Under the pieces are notes generated by a model. The model did not search any database, was not told the DNA's origin, and saw only the letters and a program-made list of their open reading frames with translations. A stretch of DNA of 57,292 nucleotides, counting the filler, from Jimgerdemannia flammicorona (lineage: Eukaryota): NCBI GenBank assembly GCA_003990765.1. It is 3 parts of 3 records of this genome, joined end to end, with 100 filler letters (N's around TTAATTAATTAA, not from the genome) between each part and the next. Parts side by side here need not be neighbours in the genome. Positions count along the whole stretch, not along the records: positions 19,135 to 38,166 come from RBNJ01002045.1; positions 38,267 to 57,292 come from RBNJ01002046.1; 1 more part is not named here. One strand, 5' to 3'. This document shows, one piece after another, positions 37,801-47,200 of the stretch; position 1 is the stretch's first letter; every line of letters starts with the position of its first letter. The position numbers were made by a program, and so were the translations under genes.

Positions 37801-38126
37801 TTTTTTTTTGCGTTCATCTGTTTAGTGTTCCAGTTGACAACCACGCACGCACATCCTCTGTAGCCAACAGTGTCGGCGAGAAGGGAGCTGTCGCACTAGC
37901 CGACGCGCTGAAAACAAACATGGCCCTACGAAACCTGAACCTATATTGTACGTAGGAACGAAGTGCGTCGTATTTTTTTGCGTTCATCTGTTTAGTGTTC
38001 CGGCTGAAAATCACGCGCGTACATCCCATGCGTTCCCTGTAGCCAACAGTGTCGGCGAGAAGGGAGCCGTCGCACTAGCCGACGCGCTGAAAACGAACAC
38101 AGCCCTGCAAAACCTGGACCTAGAAA
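31829..38126 (+). CDS. SAM - coiled coil - COR-like - RI-class LRR protein (3' end lost in the gap)
   Basis: SAM domain 31829-32075 (IKSWDEHGVCEHF…LRAQETDGEALILLTKNDL…LPRGPVKKI). Coiled-coil exon 32300-32470. PRLFFIFP…FRLYFLCEH…HLAFHDGY..VQPREFVAKYGPYI and LRGLQAYL…LGNLQRV…WVCKNH resemble the C-terminal COR region of ROCO-like proteins. Followed by 20 LRR exons. Small exons between about 33800 and 34600 are only partly resolved. Confidence 0.85.
34620..38126 (+). repeat. Tandem array of 20 exon+intron units (about 165-200 bp); each exon 84 nt = one 28-aa LRR, phase 1-1
   Basis: Exons: 34620-34703, 34822-34905, 34998-35081, 35177-35260, 35348-35431, 35514-35597, 35706-35789, 35891-35974, 36069-36152, 36250-36333, 36414-36497, 36594-36677, 36776-36859, 36955-37038, 37128-37211, 37312-37395, 37492-37575, 37672-37755, 37864-37947, 38043-38126. 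Consensus xNx(I/V)GxxGAxALA(E/D)ALKTNTxLQxL(D/N)Lx. No stops or indels. Introns share a CTGAC/CTGAT-type branch point. Confidence 0.97.
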
Positions 38127-38166
38127 GTACGTAGGAACGAAGCGCCTCCCATTCTTTTTTTTTTTT

Positions 38167-38266
38167 NNNNNNNNNNNNNNNNNNNNNNNNNNNNNNNNNN
38201 NNNNNNNNNNTTAATTAATTAANNNNNNNNNNNNNNNNNNNNNNNNNNNNNNNNNNNNNNNNNNNN
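38167..38266. other. Scaffold gap (100 nt, true size unknown) with TTAATTAATTAA spacer
   Basis: N-run. The genes on both sides are truncated at it. Confidence 0.98.
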
Positions 38267-38368
38267 TTTTTTGACTCGAGCCATTCATTTTCTTATAGAA
38301 TGCGGTTATAATCGTAATTTGCCATTGCTCATCGGTACATTCAACCTTTCTCACACGTTGCCCGACAG

Positions 38369-41300
38369 ATTTACTTGAGCGAACACGCTTGGCGGGATCT
38401 CGAGGATAATTTACGAAATCAAGATAAGGACGAGCAGCGACGTGCTAAAGAAGAGAGAAAGAACGGAGACGGTACAGCAGCGCAGCCATCACTCTTAGAC
38501 CTTCAGTCATCACGACCGGGCTCCAATTTGCTTGTTCCGCCCATGGTTCCTGGCGGACCGTACGGCGATGAGCAACGCTCATTCTATTCCGAGGATGCGC
38601 GCTCTTTCTATTCCGAGGATGAATATTATCAAGAGGATCACTATAGTGGTGGTTACAATGATACAGAGTCCGCATATGGGTCAGAGGTGTTTGCACCCTC
38701 CGGAAGTACATTTCGCGAGCTGGAGATGCGTAAAATGCTCAACGGGGATTCGAAGGGTGATGGCGTGGAGGAAGAACCCGAGATACCACGCAAAACCACT
38801 CGCGGTCGCAAGCAATGGGTGGCCCTTACCTGGTTCTTAACCTGGTGGATCCCAGGTCCTTTCTTACGATGGTGTGGCGGTATGAAACGCCCTGACGTGC
38901 GAATGGCATGGCGTGAGAAGGTTGCACTTTGCTTTGTCATTTTGGCGCTCTCGGGAGTCGTTATCTTCTTTATCGCCGTCTTCGGAAAACTCATCTGCCC
39001 CTACCAAAACGTGTTTTCGTGGAACGAGCTTCAAGCCCACGACAAGAAAGATTATGCTTACACCGCCATCCGTGGCGAGGTGTTCGACCTTACCAATCTA
39101 GTGCCCGGGCACTGGCCTAATGAAGTCATTTCGACGAGCGCCCTTTTTGCGTACGCAGGCAAGGATTCCACCGTTCTATTCCCAATCCAGGTATCAGCAC
39201 TATGCGACGGTACCACGGGTTCGGTCGATGACGCGGTGACCCTTGACACCCATGTAAACCTGACAGATCCGAACGCCGCCTATCACGACTTCCGATATTT
39301 CACCTCCGATTACCGCCCCGACTGGTACTGGAACCAAATGGTGAAGATGCGCAAATTGTATCGCATTGGATTCATGGGTTACGACCCTAAAGACCTCCAG
39401 AACCAGGCCAAGACCAATATGGCGTCTAGTGGTATTTCAAACCCCAGCTGGGCTATATTGAACAATGACATATACGATCTCTCTGCTTACCTCGCGGGTG
39501 GCCTCATTCCTCGTGTCCCTACTGGTCAACAAGTTCCCGCTAATCTCAACATGAATTTTATGGATTCGCGAATCGTTGACCTTTTCAAAACATTCCCCTA
39601 TCAGGACATCACCAAGAGCTTCGAGGCGCTTAACCTTGATTCTATCCTCAAGGAGCGTCAACTTGTCTGCCTTCGTAATCTATTTTTCATTGGCAAAACA
39701 GACAATCGCAATTCGACCGTTTGCCAATTTTCGACATATTTGCTCCTCATTATATCAGTCATGTTATGCGCCGTCATCTTGTTCAAGTTTCTCGCAGCTC
39801 TACAACTCGGCGGACGTCGCGAACCCGAGGAGTACGACAAATTCATCATTTGTCAAGTACCTTGCTATACCGAAAGCGAGGAATCTCTCCGCAAGACCAT
39901 CGATTCACTCTCCGTGCTGCGCTATGATGACAAGCGAAAGCTGCTATTCCTCATTGCCGACGGCATGCTTATTGGTAGTGGCAATGATCGACCTACCCCC
40001 CGTATCGTCTTGGATATCTTGGGCGTAGACCCCAACGTCGATCCTGAACCTCTCAGCTTCGAATCACTTGGCGATGGCATGGCGCAACACAATATGGCCA
40101 AGGTGTACTCAGGCTTGTATGAATGCTCTGGTCACGTTGTTCCCTACATCGTCGTTGTCAAGGTCGGCAAACCCACCGAGCGCCAAAAACCGGGCAACCG
40201 AGGCAAGCGTGATTCTCAGATGATCTTGATGCGATTCCTCAACAAGGTGCATTTCAATAGTGAGATGACCCCGATGGAACTGGAGATTTTCCACCAGATC
40301 AAAAATGTCATCGGCGTTAATCCGAGTTTCTATGAATTTGTTCTCATGGTGGACGCCGATACGGAGATCATGCCCGATTCACTCAACCGTATGGTCTCGT
40401 GCTTCGTGCACGATGCGAAAATCATTGGCTTGTGTGGCGAGACCATGATTTCCAACGAAAAAGATACCTGGGTGACCATGATTCAAGTCTACGAGTATTA
40501 TATCTCGCATCATCTCGCGAAAGCGTTCGAATCACTTTTCGGCTCCGTCACCTGTTTGCCTGGGTGTTTCTGCATGTACCGGATCCGCTCCGCGACCAAG
40601 AACCAGCCGTTGCTCATCAGCAACCAGATGATCCAGGACTACTCGGAGAATATTGTTGAGACGCTACATATGAAGAATCTGTTGCATCTTGGCGAGGATC
40701 GCTATCTCACAACCTTGATCCTCAAGCATTTCCCGAACTATAAAACCAAGTTCACCCCTGATGCAGCTTGCAAGACGAATGCCCCCGATCGCTGGCCCGT
40801 CCTTTTGTCGCAACGCCGCCGTTGGATCAACTCAACCGTCCACAATCTTCTGGAGTTGATGTTTTTGCCGCAACTCTGTGGTTTCTGCTGCTTCTCGATG
40901 CGTTTTGTCGTCATTCTGGATCTTCTCGGTACCCTGGTGATGCCCGCCATCGTGGTCTACCTCGGCTTTCTCATCTACAGTATCGCCGTCTCCCCGACCG
41001 CAATCCCGTTTTGGTCTGTTATTACTCTCGCGGGTGTATATGGCCTGCAGGCGCTCATTTTTATCATCCGTCGAAAGTGGGAGCATGTTGGCTGGATGAT
41101 TGTTTATCTCCTCGCGATTCCCGTTTTCTCCTTTGCGATTCCGCTCTACTCCTTCTGGCATTTCGATGATTTCTCGTGGGGTAACACTCGTGTGGTCGTT
41201 GGCGAAAAAGGCAAGAAATTACACTTGGCGTCAGATGAGGGCAAGTTTGATCCTAAATCCATCCCCCGGAAGAAGTGGACTGACTACGAGCAAGAGCTCT

Positions 41301-41968
41301 GGGAAGTGGGCTCGCACGAATCTCACGACTCCCGTGGCACAGCGCACACCGGCTATACACATGAATCCTATCGTAGCCACCGGAGTCTTGCACCCGCCGG
41401 CGCTGGTCCTGGCTCAACTGCTGGTTCTATCTACAATGACGCCGCGAGCTATTACAGCGGCAATGGAGGAAACAGTGGCCGCTCCCGCTCCAGGTCTCCC
41501 GCACCAATGGCGGCATACGACAACCAGAGCATCCGCCAGCAATCTTTCACGAACGTACCGATAGTTTCGGACCCTCGCATGTCCCGACCGTATTCGGACA
41601 TGATGTCGCAACGCGGCTCGGTGTTCATGAACCGCACGCCTTCGGAGATTGACCTTGCATATGCTAACATGCCGCCGGGCATGGGAGGTGGTTCGCGAGC
41701 CGGAAGTATGATGCCCCCTGGCGGATCTGTCATGGACGCATATTATGCATCGGGACCTGGGTCGTCGGCTTCCGGTGACGGGGCGATCTTGCCAACGGAC
41801 GAAGAAATATTGCAGGAGATTCGACGCATTTTGTCGACATCAGATCTCATGTCGATCACAAAGAAACAGGTTCGCGATGAGCTGTCTGCGTTCTTCGGTG
41901 TAGATATGAGCTCGCGCAGAGAGTTTGTCAATTCGTGCATAGAGCAGGTGTTGCAGGGAAAGCTCTGA
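38369..41968 (+). CDS. Chitin synthase, class V/VII (myosin-motor type), terminal exon
   Basis: Acceptor CAG|ATT at 38368/38369. IYLSEHAWRDLEDNLR resembles the end of the myosin-like domain. Also present: AWREK, cytochrome b5-like region, VPCYTES, PGNRGKRDSQ, VDADT, TCLPGCF, LGEDRYLT, SQRRRWINST and C-terminal DEK_C (EIRRILSTSDLMSITKKQVRDEL). Confidence 0.97.
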   Translation: MYLSEHAWRDLEDNLRNQDKDEQRRAKEERKNGDGTAAQPSLLDLQSSRPGSNLLVPPMVPGGPYGDEQRSFYSEDARSFYSEDEYYQEDHYSGGYNDTESAYGSEVFAPSGSTFRELEMRKMLNGDSKGDGVEEEPEIPRKTTRGRKQWVALTWFLTWWIPGPFLRWCGGMKRPDVRMAWREKVALCFVILALSGVVIFFIAVFGKLICPYQNVFSWNELQAHDKKDYAYTAIRGEVFDLTNLVPGHWPNEVISTSALFAYAGKDSTVLFPIQVSALCDGTTGSVDDAVTLDTHVNLTDPNAAYHDFRYFTSDYRPDWYWNQMVKMRKLYRIGFMGYDPKDLQNQAKTNMASSGISNPSWAILNNDIYDLSAYLAGGLIPRVPTGQQVPANLNMNFMDSRIVDLFKTFPYQDITKSFEALNLDSILKERQLVCLRNLFFIGKTDNRNSTVCQFSTYLLLIISVMLCAVILFKFLAALQLGGRREPEEYDKFIICQVPCYTESEESLRKTIDSLSVLRYDDKRKLLFLIADGMLIGSGNDRPTPRIVLDILGVDPNVDPEPLSFESLGDGMAQHNMAKVYSGLYECSGHVVPYIVVVKVGKPTERQKPGNRGKRDSQMILMRFLNKVHFNSEMTPMELEIFHQIKNVIGVNPSFYEFVLMVDADTEIMPDSLNRMVSCFVHDAKIIGLCGETMISNEKDTWVTMIQVYEYYISHHLAKAFESLFGSVTCLPGCFCMYRIRSATKNQPLLISNQMIQDYSENIVETLHMKNLLHLGEDRYLTTLILKHFPNYKTKFTPDAACKTNAPDRWPVLLSQRRRWINSTVHNLLELMFLPQLCGFCCFSMRFVVILDLLGTLVMPAIVVYLGFLIYSIAVSPTAIPFWSVITLAGVYGLQALIFIIRRKWEHVGWMIVYLLAIPVFSFAIPLYSFWHFDDFSWGNTRVVVGEKGKKLHLASDEGKFDPKSIPRKKWTDYEQELWEVGSHESHDSRGTAHTGYTHESYRSHRSLAPAGAGPGSTAGSIYNDAASYYSGNGGNSGRSRSRSPAPMAAYDNQSIRQQSFTNVPIVSDPRMSRPYSDMMSQRGSVFMNRTPSEIDLAYANMPPGMGGGSRAGSMMPPGGSVMDAYYASGPGSSASGDGAILPTDEEILQEIRRILSTSDLMSITKKQVRDELSAFFGVDMSSRREFVNSCIEQVLQGKL

Positions 41969-42499
41969 AAAACGAGAGTGGATGTTGAGAATTTGATGTT
42001 AAAATCTTACATATAGAGTTTCTGTATTTCTCTTTTCTTTTCTCAGTTCATCGCATCTAGTGTCAATGTTGTCAGGTATCTTGACAGCCCGATATTCAAT
42101 AATTGTATAGCTCGAGGAGAAGGGCACTCATCTGCCAATCCCAATAAAGTAAACAATTTTGGGGCCTTTATGATTACACTATCTGTTCTCACCATTTTAT
42201 TTCCAGATGTCCGCGCCTGTCATTTAGACAGCGGCCGCTGCTGGAAGTGAGCCGACTACACCAAGGACACGAGGATTTGGTTCTCAATGATAATCACGCT
42301 GCCCAACAATTATGTCCAACTTCTTTCGCCCCAGTCGAAATGGAGTCACTGGCTTTAGTTGATCTAATTTAAAATCAAAATACAAACATGAATTCACTCA
42401 TCACCATAAAAATAAAAATACTATACCTAATAAAATGAATTTCTGTTTCTTTTGGGTGTATCAAAAATCGCTTTTTTGATGTCAGTGGTGTTATGGAAG

Positions 42500-44285
42500 G
42501 TTGATATAAGTCTAGCAGAGATTCATTGTCTGCAACTAAGCAGATGATATTGGCAATAATAGTCTGTGGGAAATAAAGTGTTATTTATTCAAAGTTATGC
42601 AAATAACCTCTGAAATTCCTACTTCAGTATGAGAGAGAGACCTCAGTCATTTACATTCTTAGTAATTCAGTATGTTGTATAAAATATATTGTGTAGAATA
42701 CTTTATATAGAATACTTTATATAAAATTATAGCATATGTAATATAATGTACTAGCTCAATAGAGGCAAATTACAAGGTTGGGGCTGTTATATATGTAGAT
42801 TGACTTTGGCCCCTAGTTACTTTGTCAAAAAGTAATAAAATGTTCAATGGTTTCTGGTGCAAGTTTAGATAGTACATAATACAGATGATTTTTGTAGGGT
42901 TTCCTAATTAGGTAGAATCAGCAGACTTCTCAGTTAATGTAGATTTATTACTGAATACAGGTTCTACATAATATGGTAGAATTCTCACATTCTTCAAGAT
43001 TGGCAGTTTCTCAAATGATATAAATGATAACAATTCTCAAAATAGTAACAAGATTCTTCACTTAAACTTTGGCAGATAATTCAGACTTTGTCTAGTAAGT
43101 AGATCAAAAATAGCAGAGTTCTCAAATTTAGGCTTAATCTGATAAGTAGACCAAATAACCATGACAGACTTCTTGAATTCATGAGCTTCTCTTGATAAAG
43201 TTACATTGATCAACTACTTTATTTATATAAACAGATTTACTATAAAGATATATCTAATTGACTGACTTAGATAAGAGATAGTGGTAGACTTTAAGTTCAA
43301 AATAGCAGTATTCTTAAATTTTTCTAACTTAGTCTAGCAAGTATACTAAATCAGATCTTCTCTTCTTTATATGAAAAAGTAGACTGAAGTAAAATCAGAT
43401 ATCAAGTTCTCTTGCTTGTATTGTAAATTTTAGACTGAGATTTATTCACTTTTATCACTAGAGTATTTTATATAGTTGTGATTACTATCTGATTACTATA
43501 TTACTAATTATAAGATATATATGTAGATATATATTATTCTAATTTAATATATCTGTTATTTATATTAGTAGTATATATAGAGATAACTATATGAAATAAC
43601 TATACTGAGTAATTTATACATCATTTAACTATATTACATATAATATTTACTTATTATATTAGCTCTTACTAAAGAATAGTCTATCCTTAGACTGTTATTT
43701 GGTTATTATTCCAATATCTATAAGTATCTTTGATATCTATTCCTATACTATTATTTCCTTCTATATCTGAGTTGCTCTATTTAAGAGACTCTTCTTCTTT
43801 TTTAGAGAATAGTACTTCAATACTGCTAATAATAAACTAATAGATAACTATATTCATTCATTATATATATATCAGTAAGACTAAATTGAGCATGGATAAG
43901 TATAGAGAGATTTCTTTTATATATAGTATATAATCTATCTGCAGTAATGATATTTACTTAGATTATACTAGTAAAATTCCTAATATAGATATGGTCAGAT
44001 ATAGAGAGGTCTTGTAACTATTATCTGATTATATATTATACTTATAGTTAGTAAATTTGTAGTAATTATTGAGTAATAGTGAGGTTCTCCAGAAGTATTC
44101 AGACTTATTGGACATAGTTCTCTTAAACTTCTTAGTATATTAGTAATAGAACTAGAAGGATCTAGAGAGAGCTAGAGATAAGAATCTGAAGGTACTGATC
44201 AATTCTCTAATTTATTGTATTGAGAGAAGATATATCTTCAGTACTTTCTCCAGTATTATTTAGGTTATACAACCTTTGGAAAGCA
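42500..44285. mobile_element. AT-rich, CpG-free relic TE sequence (class unresolved)
   Basis: Abrupt loss of CpG after about 42470 and high TpA. No readable motif. Confidence 0.5.
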
Positions 44286-44289
44286 CTTA

Positions 44290-47200
44290 CAATATCATTT
44301 TTGGAGAAAAGAGACTAGCAATATAGTGACTGACAGGCAACCTGAGGTGTGTACTGGGCAGGGTGGTCTGAGTGTATTTGATTGGCAGTATGTGGAGAGG
44401 GGCCCTGGCCTCAAGGGAAGTATGAGGGATCTACTAGCAGGAGGATACAGAAGAGGAGAAAGCAGTGGTAGAGGACAGAAGTCAGGGAGAGTGAGCTTTG
44501 TGGAGATGGTAAAGAGGAGACAGTAGACATCTAGACTGGAGAGCTGGCTGAGAAAAGATAAGGAGATGGAGAAGACAGCAGTACATAGAGAAGTAGTCCT
44601 TGGTGGTGGGGGCAGTAGAGCTGGGGGTGTAGTGGCTGGGGTGAGCATGATGGCTGATGGTGACAGAACTGCCAATCTGAAAAAAAATCCAGATATGACT
44701 GCTGATGGTAGGGCTGAGGATGGAACTTGGACAGCAAGGAGATTTGGCAGATAGTGTGATGGACTTAGTAGTGGCCCTGTTACTCAAGAAGTCAATCTTG
44801 GAGTTTGTAGTTACTTTGTACTTCTGGAGCCTAGCAGTGATGGCAAAAATGGTACTGGGGCTAATTGCTAAGCAGGTGGCTAGAGCAGTATCAGTGAAGT
44901 TTCTGAAGAGATTGAAGGAAGTGGAGGTAGACTTTGAAGAGGCTGGGCCTTTGGAGGAGGTGCTGAAGGCTGAACTGACTATTGGAGAGATATGTATTCT
45001 GATGGCACATTGCCTGAGATAGAACTCTAGGGTAGTGCAACTGCTGGTGAAAGGAGTGCCCACAGTGATGGTAGCAGAGACAAGGAGGAGAGTCAAGGAG
45101 ATCATAGCTGAGTATGAGAAGGTGATGAATGTTGGATTCAGAGTTTGGGAGGGGACCTCATTCAGAACTGAAGATGTTAATATCAGAATTTGGTTGGCAG
45201 AGAAGGAAGCTACTAGAAAGGCAAGAGATTGGCCTTTAGTAATGGTCTAGAGAGCAATCTTGTATAAGGTGACAAGGGTGAAGAGGAGTGAGAAGAAGGA
45301 AGAGGACTTATTAGAAGTGCTGGAAGAGCTGAGTGGTATAGTGGAGCAGTAAGCAAAGACTTGGAAGGCTTTTGTAGAGTCAACACATTTGGAGGTAGTA
45401 GATGGAAAGCAGAATTGAGTAGACAAGGGGCAGTGAGAAAGGGTCTAGGGATGTAAGAGGCAGAAGGAGCTGCTGGCTAAATTAGAGAGTAGACCACAGA
45501 AGGATACAGGTGGAATTGAGAAGGTGGGGGGTGCCAAAGCAAGTATCTGAGCTGATGAGGGTGGAGGGATTGGGGGAAAGAGGACAGGAGAGGATAGAGA
45601 GGTAACTGGTAATAATCTATATGTGGATGGAATGTTTGAGGTCTGGGAGGAGACCTGGGAGGACTTACCTACTCCTACCCCTCTTATCAAGTGAGGTCTG
45701 GCTTCTCAAAGCAGAGTGGTAGAGAATGTACTCATGTGGGGGGCCTAGTGAGTACAATTTGGAGTTCCAGAGATAGCAAAAGGGGGACAAGTGGTGGCAG
45801 TTGGAGAGGAGGAACTTATGGTTGTCCTAGAGGTGTGGGATGAGTCTGCAAGTACAGGGGCCAATACCACAATACTGGGTGGAGAGAGGCCAGCAACTCC
45901 AGGGGGGAAGGAGGTGGGGAACCTACTTTGAATATGTAGGATGATGAATAACTTGGCAGCTGAAGAGTTGGGGGAGGTGGATCTTAGAGTAATGAGCAAT
46001 GAGTATTGGGCATGGATCTTGCAGGGGGATGGAGTGGTGATAGCATTGAAGGTGGAAATTCTTGCAGTATATCTGAAGGAAGGGTATGAGGTAGATAAGG
46101 AGAGAGAGGTGGAGCTGGCAAGTGTTGCTGGTGAGAGGGCCAACTACTGCTGGACTAAGCATCATGGATTATAGCTCTGGCAGGAGATCTGTCTGGAATA
46201 TCAGAAAGAGTTTGAGAAGAAGGTAGATGGGAAGATGAATGAGCTGTTGGCTGAATTGGAGGCTAAGAGGGCTGAAGAGGAGGAGGAGTCTGCAGAATAC
46301 AATCTGAATATGGTATAGGAAGCAATGAGCATAGAGCAGTAGAGAATGAACTTGATAATATATAGTATTTCCTTATGAATAGTACAACTACCATTTTTTC
46401 TTTGAATGTAAATGGGTTATGAGACTCTTTTGATATAGGAACATTTTTACTTGGCTGAAGAGATTGAAGGCCAATCTCTTCCTTTTACAGAATGTCAGGT
46501 GTAAGGATGATTTAGATAGGCTGGAATGGACAAAGGAATAGAGAGGTGAGGCAGTTTGGAAGAGTAAGATTGGAATTCTGATCCAGAGAGATAGAGGGAA
46601 GATATACAATATGAGGAGCTGGGAGAGATAGATTGGTCTGGGGAGAGTGAATATGTACAGATTGGGAGCTAGTTACAGTGGATTCTTGCTACTGCCCTGC
46701 TGTACAGAGTGAGTATATAGATTGGGTAAAGGGTCTCTAGGAGAGTAGAGCCCTTGCAGAGACTAGGGTGGATATGCTTAGTGGAGACTTCAATATGGTC
46801 TGAGATATGCTGGTGGATAGAATCAATAGAGGATGGGGAGCTGAGGACAGAAGTGGAGGGCTGGTAGTATGGGAGGAAGTAGAAAGACTAAGTGCTCTGG
46901 TAGATGCTGGCAGGGAGTATTGGGGTGATAGGAGAGTATACATATATTGAGCAGGGGGCCTGGAGATAAGGATTGACTGAATTTTGATGACAAGCTGCTG
47001 GGGTTTAGATATCTGGAAGTTGCTGGAGGTGGAGTGGTGTCTATGGTCAGATTATTGGGAGCTTTTAAGATAGGGACATTTTGGGGAAAGTGAGGATGGG
47101 CCTGGACATTGGTACTGCAATTCCTCTTTATTAGATGATAGAGTATTGTGGGATAAGTGGGCTGAGGATATTCAATAGAGGGTAGAGGGCTGGAGACAGA

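Noticed and set aside
34620..38126. Regular repeat-spacer periodicity suggesting a CRISPR array
   Set aside because: The units are LRR exons plus spliceosomal introns, the 'spacers' are homologous to each other, and no cas genes are present.
38445..41940. Antisense and alternative-frame ORFs over the chitin synthase (and likewise over the RasGEF and MATH-BTB genes)
   Set aside because: Expected shadow ORFs of GC-rich coding sequence.
31829..41968. LRR-chitin synthase fusion gene
   Set aside because: The two parts are separated by a gap of unknown size, and the synthase exon begins with what looks like the tail of a myosin domain.
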